Shown piece by piece: positions 1 to 10,659 of a stretch of DNA of 64,000 bases (the first letter of the stretch is position 1; each line of letters opens with the position of its first letter). The position numbers were made by a program, and so were the translations under genes. The notes beneath the pieces are model-generated. The model was given only the letters and a program-made list of their open reading frames with translations, searched no databases and was not told the DNA's origin. Location: NCBI GenBank assembly GCA_963695855.1, contig CAVOHZ010000010.1:576001-640000 (forward strand), read 5' to 3'. This DNA comes from an uncultured Nitrososphaerales archaeon (GTDB lineage Archaea; Thermoproteota; Nitrososphaeria; Nitrososphaerales; Nitrososphaeraceae).

Positions 1-183
1 ATTACCTGTGGTATCGATAAAGATTATCTTTTCACTGGTATCCTTTAACAAATTGGCACAAATGGTGAAACAAAATTGAGATTTTCCAGATCCGTTCTCA
101 CCAAAAATATCCCAAACCAAGCCAGTACTTATTCCTCCTCCTAGAAATCTATCTATGTCATATGAACCTGTTAATATTCTCAA
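1..183 (-). CDS. RadA/RadB-like recombinase paralog, N-terminal part (runs off window start)
   Basis: Manual translation from TTG at 183: MRILTGSYDIDRFLGGGISTGLVWDIFGENGSGKSQFCF...IIFIDTTGN; RecA-family TG..D..LGGG, Walker A GENGSGKS and IFIDT motifs; not in ORF track. Confidence 0.85.
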   Translation of the reverse strand, partial: MRILTGSYDIDRFLGGGISTGLVWDIFGENGSGKSQFCFTICANLLKDTSEKIIFIDTTGN

Positions 184-287
184 TTACTGATATATTCATT
201 AATAATTAATTAATAAATTATTTTACTTCAAAGGAACCTTTTTATTCTGCTCTCTCTGAACTTGAATTGCTAAGTGATATATTGATA

Positions 288-542
288 TTGTCAGCCAATT
301 CGAGTTCTCAACAACCAAAAAGACCTCTTACCGCCTTACAAAAGTCATTAAACCAACGTGTTGCGGTACGACTGAAAAGTGAAATGGAATATAAGGGAAT
401 AATGAGTAACGTTGATTCTTACATGAATCTGATATTAGTTGACGCTGAAGAATACCAAAGCTCAGATTTGCTTGCAAATTACGGAAAGGTTGTGATAAGA
501 GGAAACAACGTTCTCTTCATTAGATTGATCAAAGATCTATAA
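288..542 (+). CDS. Sm-like (Lsm/SmAP) RNA-binding protein
   Basis: Sm1/Sm2 motifs [16 protein letters not shown] and VVIRGNNV; start could be TTG 267 or 288. Confidence 0.9.
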   Translation: MSANSSSQQPKRPLTALQKSLNQRVAVRLKSEMEYKGIMSNVDSYMNLILVDAEEYQSSDLLANYGKVVIRGNNVLFIRLIKDL

Positions 543-567
543 CCTTAACACTAAATTTCATGTAGAA

Positions 568-1716
568 ATGACCTCTCGTTATTTATTTAGCTCTGAAAGT
601 GTTACAGAGGGGCATCCAGACAAAATATGCGATCAAGTCTCAGATTCTATATTAGACGCATATCTCTCGCAAGATCCCGATTCGAGGGTTGCAGTCGAAT
701 GTTTAACTACTATCGGTACAATTTTTGTCGCAGGAGAAGTTACCTCTAAAGGAACAGTAGATATTCAAAGAAATGTAAGAAATACTATAAGGGAAATAGG
801 TTATAATAACAGCGATCTAGGTTTCGATTGTAATAGCTGTGCATTGTGGACATCTATACATTCACAAAGTGATGATATTTCTGTTGGTGTGACTGCTACA
901 GCAGAAAAAGAACAAGGAGCTGGAGATCAAGGTCTTGTGTTTGGTTATGCCACAAACGAAACGCCCGAATTAATGCCATTACCCATTCTCATGGCACATA
1001 AACTATGTTTCAAGTTAAGTCAAGTCAGAAAATCAAAGGAACTTGATTGGGTCAGACCAGATGGCAAATCACAGGTTTCTGTTGTTTATGAGGATTTTGT
1101 ACCCAAGAGGATTGATACAGTAGTATTATCTACACAGCATTCGCCGGATATTTCTCTAAAACAGTTGCGAGAAGAATTAATTGCAAAGGTCATTCAACCA
1201 ACGTGTGATGATTGGATTGATGATAAAACAAGGTTTTTCATTAATCCTACCGGCAGATTTGTATTAGGAGGACCTTCTGCTGATACCGGATTGACTGGCA
1301 GAAAAATTATTATTGATACTTACGGTGGAATGGGAAGACACGGTGGAGGTGCATTTTCAGGAAAAGATCCGTCTAAGGTTGACAGATCAGCGTGTTATAT
1401 GGCTAGGTATATAGCGAAAAATATAGTAGCTGCCAATCTTGCCAAAAAATGTGAAGTTCAAATAGCATATGCCATTGGTGTGTCCGAACCAGTTTCTATA
1501 ATGGTGGATACTTTTAATACTGGAACTATAGATCATGAAGAAATTGAAACAAAGATAAGGAAAGTCTTTGATATGAGGCCTTCTAAAATTATTGAAATCC
1601 TCTTACTTAAACGACCAATATATAAAAAGACTGCAGCATATGGTCACTTCGGAAGGAACGAATCAAGCTTTTCTTGGGAAAAAACAGACAGAGTACATTT
1701 ACTTGCCAATGAATAA
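568..1716 (+). CDS. metK: S-adenosylmethionine synthetase (bacterial/eukaryotic type)
   Basis: [26 protein letters not shown] signatures. Confidence 0.98.
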   Translation: MTSRYLFSSESVTEGHPDKICDQVSDSILDAYLSQDPDSRVAVECLTTIGTIFVAGEVTSKGTVDIQRNVRNTIREIGYNNSDLGFDCNSCALWTSIHSQSDDISVGVTATAEKEQGAGDQGLVFGYATNETPELMPLPILMAHKLCFKLSQVRKSKELDWVRPDGKSQVSVVYEDFVPKRIDTVVLSTQHSPDISLKQLREELIAKVIQPTCDDWIDDKTRFFINPTGRFVLGGPSADTGLTGRKIIIDTYGGMGRHGGGAFSGKDPSKVDRSACYMARYIAKNIVAANLAKKCEVQIAYAIGVSEPVSIMVDTFNTGTIDHEEIETKIRKVFDMRPSKIIEILLLKRPIYKKTAAYGHFGRNESSFSWEKTDRVHLLANE

Positions 1717-1835
1717 TAAATTTTAATATGCTATGATTCCTTTAAAAAGGAACATATATATTTATGAAAAATGGTATCTAAAAAGTTTCAAAATACAAAC
1801 ATCTGACATAATCCATTTCATTTCTGTAAATATTT

Positions 1836-2705
1836 CTAGTCAATTATTTTATGAAGAGATTCTTGATCATATTTTATATTGTACTTTCTTTCAAAATATC
1901 TAGAAATATTTTTTATATCTCTCTCAATAAAAAACCTCGCATTTGGGTGGTCTCTTGAAACTGCTTGAGGCCAATCTATTATCCATACTTTATTTTCGTT
2001 GTCAATGATCGTGTTATATTCATTTAAATCACCGTTGATCATATTTTCATCATAAGCTAATTTTACCTGGATGATAATTTTTTCCAAGATATCCAATGGA
2101 TCTTCTAATAATACCGTATCTGAAAGCCTTTTTCCTTCAATTTTGTACATTACAATAGCATGCATAGATCGGTAATATGGAGTAGTAATGTTCATTTTGG
2201 ATTTTTTTAATTTTAACAATATGTCATATTCCTTTTTTGCAGCTTCGATATTTACCAATAACCAGCTATGAAGATTTTTATTCTTTTCAAATGATCTTTT
2301 CCTTTTTGTGTCTGTAAATGAAATTCTACCTATTCTAAAAAATTTTATTGCTCTTTTTTGATTTGATCCTGATATTGCTTCTACTACATCAGATTCCTTT
2401 CCTATACCAATACTTTCTCCTATTCCAATAATGATGTTTGAATCTACTAAGATTTTTAGGGCGTATGCATCCAGACCTGATGATAAAAGCCTATAGCCTT
2501 TTTCATTTTTCAAAACTAGCTTAGACCTAAGTAGATTGTTCAATCCAAATTCTGTCCTGTCTTTATGTAATTTTGAGTAAGAAATTATTTCCCTATTATC
2601 CAAGATCTCATGATGTTTTATTGATGATGCAAATATCTTTAGTATCCTAAATTGATCTGAATCCAGTTCCTTAACTATTCTAGCTGTATTTTTAACTAGT
2701 GACAA
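1836..2705 (-). CDS. rio2: RIO2-type serine/threonine kinase
   Basis: N-terminal wHTH, GIGKESDV, GDLNEYN, IIDWPQ. Confidence 0.9.
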   Translation of the reverse strand: MSLVKNTARIVKELDSDQFRILKIFASSIKHHEILDNREIISYSKLHKDRTEFGLNNLLRSKLVLKNEKGYRLLSSGLDAYALKILVDSNIIIGIGESIGIGKESDVVEAISGSNQKRAIKFFRIGRISFTDTKRKRSFEKNKNLHSWLLVNIEAAKKEYDILLKLKKSKMNITTPYYRSMHAIVMYKIEGKRLSDTVLLEDPLDILEKIIIQVKLAYDENMINGDLNEYNTIIDNENKVWIIDWPQAVSRDHPNARFFIERDIKNISRYFERKYNIKYDQESLHKIID

Positions 2706-3116
2706 TTCCTATTCACACATAAAATAATTCTCAAATATTTTTTAATCATATAAAATGTTTTTAATATCTTTCTAATGAGTAGAAAAAATTTCATTATTAA
2801 AATTTTTAATTTGGATTTTGGATTGTTTTTCTTCTTGCATACATTTACCCAAATATTGTTATCATAATTTTTTTTGTTATATTTTAAACTTGTTTCCTAT
2901 TCAAATAATCTAGAGAAACATACTATAATGACCCTGAATCAGTCGAAAAATCTTAAAAACAGTAGTAATTGAATAATATTGTTTATAATTGCTATATTTA
3001 GCCATATTAGATATGATATCAAGGAAAAATTTTTCCCGAAATCATAATATGATCATCGTGATGTATGAAACACAATTAACTTAAAATTTATTTATGGAGT
3101 AAGTAAAAAAGAATAA

Positions 3117-4328
3117 ATGAATGAAGATTCTCTTTTTCCTTCAAAGGATGTTGTAGTCGATAAAGACCTAGTCTTGGCGGAAACAGAAGCCGAACAAGAA
3201 CTTCCGCAAGAAATAATTGAGAAGAGAAAAAAAGGGCTATTAAAAACTGGCTATACCACAGGAACTTCAGCTACTGCTGCAACTAAGGCTGCTCTCTTTA
3301 CATTAATTTATTCAGAAGAGGTATTTGAAACAGATGTAATCCTGCCAAAAGGAAGAATAGTTAAATTAAAGATTGCGTGGACACGAATTGATGAAACAAA
3401 AAGATCAGTTACATGTGCAGTTATAAAAGATGGAGGAGACGACCCGGACGTAACGCATGGCACGGAAATATGTTCTACAGTTTCTTTTAATTCTTATAAA
3501 GGAGAAATATCCATTAATGGAGGTGAAGGGGTGGGCCGAGTTACCAGGCCCGGATTAGGATTAGAGATAGGAAGTGCCGCTATAAATCCAGTTCCAAAAA
3601 AAATGCTCGAAAATGCCATCAAAGAAGTTGGTGCAAAAATACTTGAGGAAAAAGGAATTACTGTAATTATTTCAGTGCCAAAAGGAGCAGAAATTGCAAA
3701 AAAAACTGATAATCCTAGGTTAGGGATAATAGGAGGAATTTCTATTCTTGGAACTACTGGGATAGTTTTTCCATATTCTACTGCATCTTTTGCCGCATCA
3801 ATTCGACAGAGTTTAGATGTTGCTATTACCCTTGGAACCCTTACCGTAGTTTTAACGACTGGTGGACGAAGCGAAGATTTTGCAAAGGGTCTGTTTCAAG
3901 ATATTCCAGATTATGCATTTGTACAGATGGGGGATTTTTCAGGATATACTATAAAACAGTGTACGAAGAGAAGCATTAAAAAAGTAATTATTGCTGGATT
4001 TATTGGTAAATTAACAAAATTAGCCATGGGGATAAAACAGACACATGTTCGAGGTTCACACGTTAGTCTAGATTTTATGGCAAGAATAGCATCAACTTGT
4101 ACTACATCTGAAGAAATAATTAATGAAATAAAAAATGCGAATACAGCTAGACACGTATCTGAAATAATAATGAAAAATAATATTCCTAGATTTTTTGATG
4201 TTATTTGTGAAAATGTTTTTAAACAAATGTTTAGTCATGCTAATAAACAATTGGACATTATTGTAATAATGTTTGATTTCAATGGCTGCGTTTGTGGATC
4301 ATATCCAGCTAGTTTTTTCCAAAAGTAA
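3117..4328 (+). CDS. cbiD: cobalt-precorrin-5B C1-methyltransferase
   Basis: GYTTGTSATAA, KDGGDDPDVTHG, NPRLGIIGGISILGTTG. Confidence 0.97.
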   Translation: MNEDSLFPSKDVVVDKDLVLAETEAEQELPQEIIEKRKKGLLKTGYTTGTSATAATKAALFTLIYSEEVFETDVILPKGRIVKLKIAWTRIDETKRSVTCAVIKDGGDDPDVTHGTEICSTVSFNSYKGEISINGGEGVGRVTRPGLGLEIGSAAINPVPKKMLENAIKEVGAKILEEKGITVIISVPKGAEIAKKTDNPRLGIIGGISILGTTGIVFPYSTASFAASIRQSLDVAITLGTLTVVLTTGGRSEDFAKGLFQDIPDYAFVQMGDFSGYTIKQCTKRSIKKVIIAGFIGKLTKLAMGIKQTHVRGSHVSLDFMARIASTCTTSEEIINEIKNANTARHVSEIIMKNNIPRFFDVICENVFKQMFSHANKQLDIIVIMFDFNGCVCGSYPASFFQK

Positions 4329-4528
4329 TTAATTAAATATGATAATAACTACATTTAAACGAAAAAAATAAACACATGATATCTTATTTTATAGACATTC
4401 CGTGCTAAATATCGTCCAAAAGAGATAGTATCAAACGATAATAAAAGTAGTATATATTTTCGTAATCTAAGATGGAATGGAAAAAGGGTATTTCGTACAT
4501 GTACGTATGGACTTTTATATTATCTTAA

Positions 4529-5509
4529 TCAAATAGTTTTAGATATTCTTACCCTTGCAATTCCGTTTAAAATCGATACATAGCTAACCCTGTCTCCTTT
4601 AATACTATTAGGTAGAGTAAATGTTTGAAAAATTGGAGGATCTGACGAAGAAAAAATTTTTAGAAGTCTATAATTTTGATCATATGTAGCAGATATTTCT
4701 GAATTTACTAGGGGACCCTTAACTTCTACCAATATTTCATAAAAATCATCTCCCTCGAGAATATCCGGTCGGTAATTGTCATTGGAAAAAGTTCTAGTTT
4801 GTAACCTTTTTGAAAAGTTAATTGGAGCTCGAAAACTCTGTCCCTGAAAAAAAGAAGGCAACATGATTTTAATAAGAAAACTAGTTCCTGCGCCGGCTAG
4901 AAAGCCACCGATATGCGCAAAGTATGCTACGCCTCCCAATGGATCTATAAAGTTAAAAATCACCTGAAGAATAAACCAAAATGGAATATAAGCTAGAGCA
5001 GGAATCCTCACAGTTGTGATAATAAAAGCAGTTATTATTGTGTAAATTTTAGCTTTAGGAAACAGCACAAGATATGCTCCCATTACACCAGAAATCGCAC
5101 CTGATGCACCCACAGAAGGTATTTCACCCGATCCCACAGAGACGGCGAAAAAGCTATGTACCAAACCTGCAACAATACCACATAACAAATAAAAAAAGAA
5201 ATATTTGACGTGTCCAAATCTATCTTCTATATTGTCACCAAAAATAAATAAGAAAACCATGTTTCCTATAATATGTGCTATACCCCCATGAAGAAACATT
5301 GAAGTTACTAAAGAGATAACATCTCCATTTAAAACAGAATTGGGAACTGCGCCAAAATTCAAGAAAAGTTCAGCTACCTGATATGAGTTAGAGAAAAAGT
5401 TAGTCGTTATCACTTCCCAGATAAAAATAATTATGTTTATAGCAATCAGGATATAATTTACAAATGGTCTACCATGAAGACGTTGATTATCGTCATGAAT
5501 AGGAAACAT
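4529..5509 (-). CDS. rhomboid intramembrane serine protease with C-terminal Hsp20-like extension
   Basis: FLHGG..H..GNM, catalytic GASGA and AHIGG; soluble C-terminal ~80 aa. Confidence 0.92.
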   Translation of the reverse strand: MFPIHDDNQRLHGRPFVNYILIAINIIIFIWEVITTNFFSNSYQVAELFLNFGAVPNSVLNGDVISLVTSMFLHGGIAHIIGNMVFLFIFGDNIEDRFGHVKYFFFYLLCGIVAGLVHSFFAVSVGSGEIPSVGASGAISGVMGAYLVLFPKAKIYTIITAFIITTVRIPALAYIPFWFILQVIFNFIDPLGGVAYFAHIGGFLAGAGTSFLIKIMLPSFFQGQSFRAPINFSKRLQTRTFSNDNYRPDILEGDDFYEILVEVKGPLVNSEISATYDQNYRLLKIFSSSDPPIFQTFTLPNSIKGDRVSYVSILNGIARVRISKTI

Positions 5510-5534
5510 CTATTAATTAATCACTACTTTTCTT

Positions 5535-5717
5535 TCAAACTTGGAAAGGATTACTGCTCGGCATGAAATCATCCTTTCCTCCATGAGCCTTTTTATTGTG
5601 TCTAGAAAGATGTTCTTTATCCTGAAAGAAAATATTACATTGTTTACACTTAAATTTATCATTAGATTTTATAGATTTATCTTCCTTTTTTCTACGTAAG
5701 AAATTAGATAACCCCAT
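5535..5717 (-). CDS. small C2H2 zinc-finger protein
   Basis: FKCKQCNIFFQDKEHLSRHNKKAH. Confidence 0.8.
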   Translation of the reverse strand: MGLSNFLRRKKEDKSIKSNDKFKCKQCNIFFQDKEHLSRHNKKAHGGKDDFMPSSNPFQV

Positions 5718-5806
5718 ATCATTATTAAGATAATAAACTATTTTTAAATTATTCCAATACCTGAGTTAGAATAGATAAATAAATTAAAATTTATTAATGA
5801 TTACTA

Positions 5807-6037
5807 TTACTCCATCACAATCATTGTTAAAGTAGACTTTACTCCTGTCAATTTCCTTAATTTCCATGTTATTATTTCTTTCACTTTATCCATAGTATCG
5901 GATTCTACTTTTGCTATAATATCATAAACTCCATATACTTGAAAAACTTCATTTACACCTTCAAGACTTTTTAAATCCCGTACTATAGCATCCTCACTGC
6001 CTAACTCAGTGTTTAGTAAAACAAAGGCACTTGGCAT
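5807..6037 (-). CDS. stand-alone Lrp/AsnC ligand-binding (RAM) domain protein
   Basis: AFVLLNTELG...VYGVYDIIAKVE...STLTMIV; likely start ATG 6037. Confidence 0.9.
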   Translation of the reverse strand: MPSAFVLLNTELGSEDAIVRDLKSLEGVNEVFQVYGVYDIIAKVESDTMDKVKEIITWKLRKLTGVKSTLTMIVME

Positions 6038-6085
6038 ATTAGTTCTTACTAAAATGATATATAAAAACATGATGAAATGGAAGGA

Positions 6086-6892
6086 TTATGTTTCTAACAA
6101 TTTTTTCTCATCAAAAGGACCTGCTATTTCCCATTGATAATTGAAAAAATCTTCACACCATTCATGGAAATCACTGTCTTTACTATAAAACATGATATTC
6201 AGATCGGGTTCTCCCTTTAGAGTCGGAAATAATAAACATGCTTCTTTTTCATTAAAAATTGTCATTATTCTCACCTTCGCAAGCATCTTTCTTTCTACCA
6301 ATCCTTTTGAAATCATACTATGCCAACCTATTTTTTCAAGAATTTCAGTCCTTCCTTGGGGGATTACAGTATCTTTTGAAAGGATATATGAGAATTTGAT
6401 TCCCGTTCGAATCTTATTGCTTACAGGTTCAATTAAATCAAGTGGAACTTGAGACATTATTTCCTTTATGTAAACTTCAGAATTAGAATACAATTTCTTC
6501 CAGTGCTGCAAATTTGCCATTACTCCCAAAACAATTTCACATTTTTTTAATGATCCTATTCTTTGAATGAATTTTAACGGCAACTCTTCGATCGAATGTT
6601 CCAAGAAATACTGTTTATGTGCTGAAAGAAATTCATATGCAGGTAAAATATATACGATAGATTTTCCATATGAAGTCAAACAGAGGTCACCTTCGCTATC
6701 TTTGAATACCAATCCAGAATCAATTAGCCTGGTAACATTTCGATGAGCTTCTTGCATAGTGGCATTCAATTCGTTAGCAAGCTGTGATAATCTGTATTTA
6801 TTTTTCGAAAGCTTCAGAATCATCGATAGTCTTAAATCGCCAGCTAGTTCAAAAAATAAAGATTCTGTATTTTCAGGAAAATTGTCACTCAT
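6086..6892 (-). CDS. ArsR-like HTH transcriptional regulator (DUF1724-type C-terminus)
   Basis: N-terminal wHTH; C-terminal FHEWCEDFFNYQW. Confidence 0.8.
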   Translation of the reverse strand: MSDNFPENTESLFFELAGDLRLSMILKLSKNKYRLSQLANELNATMQEAHRNVTRLIDSGLVFKDSEGDLCLTSYGKSIVYILPAYEFLSAHKQYFLEHSIEELPLKFIQRIGSLKKCEIVLGVMANLQHWKKLYSNSEVYIKEIMSQVPLDLIEPVSNKIRTGIKFSYILSKDTVIPQGRTEILEKIGWHSMISKGLVERKMLAKVRIMTIFNEKEACLLFPTLKGEPDLNIMFYSKDSDFHEWCEDFFNYQWEIAGPFDEKKLLET

Positions 6893-6983
6893 ATTAAATG
6901 CAGTACAATATTATTTGTTTCAAAGATTTAAACTTGAATAATTTTATTTCAAATGAAAAAATTAATAGATAAAATAAATAGGA

Positions 6984-8300
6984 TTATGGACTAATCCTAG
7001 ACATCGTCCTTGGAAAAGGAACAGTATCCTTGATATCCGGGATATTGAGTATCCACCTAATTAACCGTTCTATACCAATTCCAAATCCACCATGTGGGAT
7101 TGAACCAAATCGTCTCAAATCCATATACCATTCATAATCAGTAGAATCCAATCCTTCAGAATGTATTTCTCTAATTAATTTCTCAAGATTATCTTCTCGT
7201 ATTCCACCACTAGATATTTCACCGAATCCGTAGGGGGCCAATAGATCGACAGCAAGTCCTACACCAGCACTTGTGGGATCTTCTTTCACGTAGAAAGGTT
7301 TGATTTTTAAAGGATAATGTGTTATAAAAATTGGAGTAATAGAATCTTCGGTAAGGGTTCTTTCTGATTCGATATTAAGATCATCACCAAATTCTATCAT
7401 TCTGGAAACATCATTGTCTATAATATGATAATCCTTTTTTTGTAATGATTCGATAGCTTTTTCATACATCATTTTCTTGAAAGGTATACATATTTTTTCC
7501 AGTGAGGAGATATCTCTTTTCAAGAAATCGAATTCATGGCTTCTGGCCTTAATCGTATTCTCTATAATAAATAAGACAAGCTTTTCTTGAATTTTCATTA
7601 AATCCTCTAATGTAACCCATGGAGCTTCTGCCTCTAAATGCAGAAATTCGGCTAGATGCCTAACAGTTCTAGATCTTTCTGCTCTAAAAGAAGGAGTTAG
7701 TGACCAAATAGGTCCCAATGAAAAAATCATTGCTTCGAGGTATAATTGAGCACTTTGAGAAAGAAATGCATAATCATCAAAATATTTTAATTTAAAAAGA
7801 GTAGATCCTCCTTCCACTGATCCCTTTACCAACACAGGGGCACTTACTTCATACCAATCATTATGAATAAACCAGTCTCGAGCATATCGTAGAATCGAAG
7901 AACGAACTTTCGACATCATTATCATTTTTCTTGTCCTAATTGTGAGATGTCTGTATTCTAAAAGCAGATCAGGGCTAGTATATTCACCCAGAGGATAGTC
8001 TGGTTTAGAAAGGCTATACACATAAATTGTAGTTCCCTTAATTTCGTATCCTCCCTCTGGGGCTCTACTATCTTTGTGCACGACTCCCTTGATCTCTAGT
8101 GAAGATTCAATTGTTAAATTATTAGTTTTGGATGAAGGAAAGATGCTTTGAATGACTCCCCCTCTGTCATCACGTAACAACAAAAAAGAATTTTCTTTCT
8201 GTTTTCTTATTCTATGAATCCACCCTCTAAGAGAAACTTCTTTTCCCACATAATAATCACTTTTAACATCAGATGTTCGCAGATACAATTCAATAAACAA
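6984..8300 (-). CDS. asnS: asparagine--tRNA ligase
   Basis: OB-fold RGWIHRIR; LSQSAQLYLE; motif 2 FRAERSRTVRHLAEF; PHGGFGIGIER; closer to AsnRS than AspRS. Confidence 0.85.
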   Translation of the reverse strand: MFIELYLRTSDVKSDYYVGKEVSLRGWIHRIRKQKENSFLLLRDDRGGVIQSIFPSSKTNNLTIESSLEIKGVVHKDSRAPEGGYEIKGTTIYVYSLSKPDYPLGEYTSPDLLLEYRHLTIRTRKMIMMSKVRSSILRYARDWFIHNDWYEVSAPVLVKGSVEGGSTLFKLKYFDDYAFLSQSAQLYLEAMIFSLGPIWSLTPSFRAERSRTVRHLAEFLHLEAEAPWVTLEDLMKIQEKLVLFIIENTIKARSHEFDFLKRDISSLEKICIPFKKMMYEKAIESLQKKDYHIIDNDVSRMIEFGDDLNIESERTLTEDSITPIFITHYPLKIKPFYVKEDPTSAGVGLAVDLLAPYGFGEISSGGIREDNLEKLIREIHSEGLDSTDYEWYMDLRRFGSIPHGGFGIGIERLIRWILNIPDIKDTVPFPRTMSRISP

Positions 8301-8571
8301 TAATTTTATTTATTTTAAATTTATTTTCTTTTTTTTATTTCAATTTGCGTAAAAAAAATAATACCTCATTGCCTATACTTCAAAGTATTTTGAAACAAGA
8401 CAACAAAAAATATACCAAATTATTTCCGGTACCAAAACTAACAAATAGTCGGAGGTATGTATTTGAGGAAAAATAAATTCTCTTCAAAACAATTAAATTA
8501 GAATTTCAAGAATATTATAAATAGTAATTTTTTTTATATCTATAAAACGTACAATCAAAAAAATAGGTAAA

Positions 8572-9081
8572 ATGAATAATGACCAAAATAGAGATGCTTA
8601 TAGATGGCTACATGGAAATATTTTACGAAAACCGATTAATTTTAGTTGGGTCGTAGATAGGAGGTTAGCAGGATGTGGATTGCCCACAACTAGAGAAGAA
8701 TGTGAGTGGTTAGTAAACATAATGGGAATAAAAAGTATAATAACTGTTAGGGAAGAACCTCTTCCAAAAAGTTGGATTATGAAGTATAAAATAGAATATC
8801 TTCATCTCAAGGTTGATGATTTTAGTTCTCCAACCATAGAAGAATTAGATAACACAGTAGATTATATGATAGATAAAATTGATGAAGACAAACCCATACT
8901 AGTACACTGCTTGGCTGGGAAGGGAAGGACAGGGACAGTATTAGCTGGATATATAATAAAGAACGAAAAGATCAATGCACAGATGGCAATAGAAAAAGTT
9001 AGGATGTTACGTCCCGGATCTATACAGACAGACCAACAAGAAAACACATTGTATCATTACGAGAATTTCATCAAACAGTAA
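8572..9081 (+). CDS. dual-specificity protein phosphatase
   Basis: Active site HCLAGKGRTG; RPGSIQT. Confidence 0.93.
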   Translation: MNNDQNRDAYRWLHGNILRKPINFSWVVDRRLAGCGLPTTREECEWLVNIMGIKSIITVREEPLPKSWIMKYKIEYLHLKVDDFSSPTIEELDNTVDYMIDKIDEDKPILVHCLAGKGRTGTVLAGYIIKNEKINAQMAIEKVRMLRPGSIQTDQQENTLYHYENFIKQ

Positions 9082-9085
9082 GACA

Positions 9086-9232
9086 TCATTCAGGTAAAGA
9101 TTCCGAAACTATCTTTCCATTTTCATTCTTAATAAAAAGATATCTATTATCTTTGAAAATGAATGTCAATTCATCACTTTTTATCTCGATATCCAAAAGT
9201 TCCTGTCCTTTTATTCCATCAAATTTAGCCAT
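9086..9232 (-). CDS. small hypothetical protein (48 aa)
   Basis: Manual translation MAKFDGIKGQELLDIEIKSDELTFIFKDNRYLFIKNENGKIVSESLPE; below ORF-track cutoff; fills intergenic gap, TATA-like TTTATAAA upstream. Confidence 0.7.
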   Translation of the reverse strand: MAKFDGIKGQELLDIEIKSDELTFIFKDNRYLFIKNENGKIVSESLPE

Positions 9233-9344
9233 CACTACCAAATATTTCTTACATTTTTATAAATTTAGCTTAAAAGATGATACGGCTAGAGTCAAAAATA
9301 TTAATATTTTATATGTTTATTTGTTATGAAGGTTTGGTTATTTG

Positions 9345-9863
9345 TTATGAGATTATTTCAATTTGCTCTTGGTTTGATCTTCCTTCTAGTTTTAGTGCTC
9401 CAGTAAAATTATGTTTTCCCCAAGATACTCGGACATCTGCATGAAAATTATATATTCCCTGATTCAAATCAGATATCCTAAATTCTATTATCTTGTTTAC
9501 ATCAAATAATAATGATATAGATTCTTGTTCGGATAATGGATAGAATGGAGAGTCATCTTTGACAATTGCCACCCAAATTCTATGCTGAATTTTGGGATTC
9601 CTTGCCCAGAAAAAGATTGCTTTACGTAGGAATTTAACTGAATGAATTGTCTTCTTTCCTACTTTAATATCTGCATCTATCATTATCCGGAAAGTGTTAT
9701 CAAATTTATTATATGCTTTTTCCCAAGTCGATTGAGTAAATAAATCACGAATAACGCCATTTATCTTAAAACTCAGGTTTAGTGAAATTGGTTCATTAAT
9801 TGAAATTTTGTCCTTTGTTTTAGTTAGTACTATATTCTCTAATCTGTTATTACTTTGCGCCAA
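9345..9863 (-). CDS. hypothetical protein (beta-rich)
   Basis: 172-aa ORF, divergent from rpoL. Confidence 0.7.
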   Translation of the reverse strand: MAQSNNRLENIVLTKTKDKISINEPISLNLSFKINGVIRDLFTQSTWEKAYNKFDNTFRIMIDADIKVGKKTIHSVKFLRKAIFFWARNPKIQHRIWVAIVKDDSPFYPLSEQESISLLFDVNKIIEFRISDLNQGIYNFHADVRVSWGKHNFTGALKLEGRSNQEQIEIIS

Positions 9864-9917
9864 TTACTAAATACTATTTGGTATGATTTATATCCTAAAT
9901 AAGTACTTCACTTTTTA

Positions 9918-10205
9918 ATGCAGGCAGAGATATCAAATTTAACCGATACAGAAATTGAACTAAAATTAAAAGATGAAGATATTTCAATATTATATATTAT
10001 TCAACATCATATTCTTAATGAAAAAGGAGTAGAATTTGCTGGAGTTATAGTTAAACATCCTTTAATAAAGGAATTTTTGTTAAAGATAACATCTAAAGAT
10101 AACCCCATGAATATTCTGGAAAAATCGATACAAATGGCAAACGACTTTGCAAAGAATTTTTCTGATTCAGTTGAATCAATTTTCAAGCAGGCGAAAATAA
10201 CATGA
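9918..10205 (+). CDS. rpoL: DNA-directed RNA polymerase subunit L (Rpo11)
   Basis: GVEFAGVIVKHPL motif; rpoL-tfs-pcn synteny. Confidence 0.85.
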   Translation: MQAEISNLTDTEIELKLKDEDISILYIIQHHILNEKGVEFAGVIVKHPLIKEFLLKITSKDNPMNILEKSIQMANDFAKNFSDSVESIFKQAKIT

Positions 10206-10546
10206 AATTTTGTCCGAACTGTGAAACAAGAATGAGATTGAAGTTTGACGAAAATCAGGTTATTTGCCCAAAATGTGATTTCAGAGTAGACGGCAATATC
10301 AACGGCATTAACCTAAATACAAGCTCAGTTACTGGAAATACCGCCACAATTCAGGAAGGAAACGCATTAAGAATAATGGATGGTGAAAATAATGGTGAAA
10401 TTTTACCAACGATCAACATTGATTGTCCTAAATGTAACAATAATTTAGCCGTTTGGTGGATGCTGCAAACTAGATCTGCAGATGAGGCAACAACCCAATT
10501 CTACAGATGTTCTAAATGTAACCACACATGGAGAAACTACTCATAA
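10202..10546 (+). CDS. tfs: transcription factor S
   Basis: Two Zn ribbons; QTRSADEATTQFYRC with catalytic DE. Confidence 0.95.
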   Translation: MKFCPNCETRMRLKFDENQVICPKCDFRVDGNINGINLNTSSVTGNTATIQEGNALRIMDGENNGEILPTINIDCPKCNNNLAVWWMLQTRSADEATTQFYRCSKCNHTWRNYS

Positions 10547-10659
10547 AGTTAAAAACTTGGTTTTTTTCAAAAATGATTGGCAAAACAGAAATAATTTTTT
10601 ATTTTTCAGCAATAGGAAGATTTAAAGTTCTCAAAACATAGCCAAAACATAGATTTAGA

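Noticed and set aside
568-1716. Bacterial-type MetK in an archaeon as recent HGT
   Set aside because: To my knowledge this is the usual form in Nitrososphaerota; not novel
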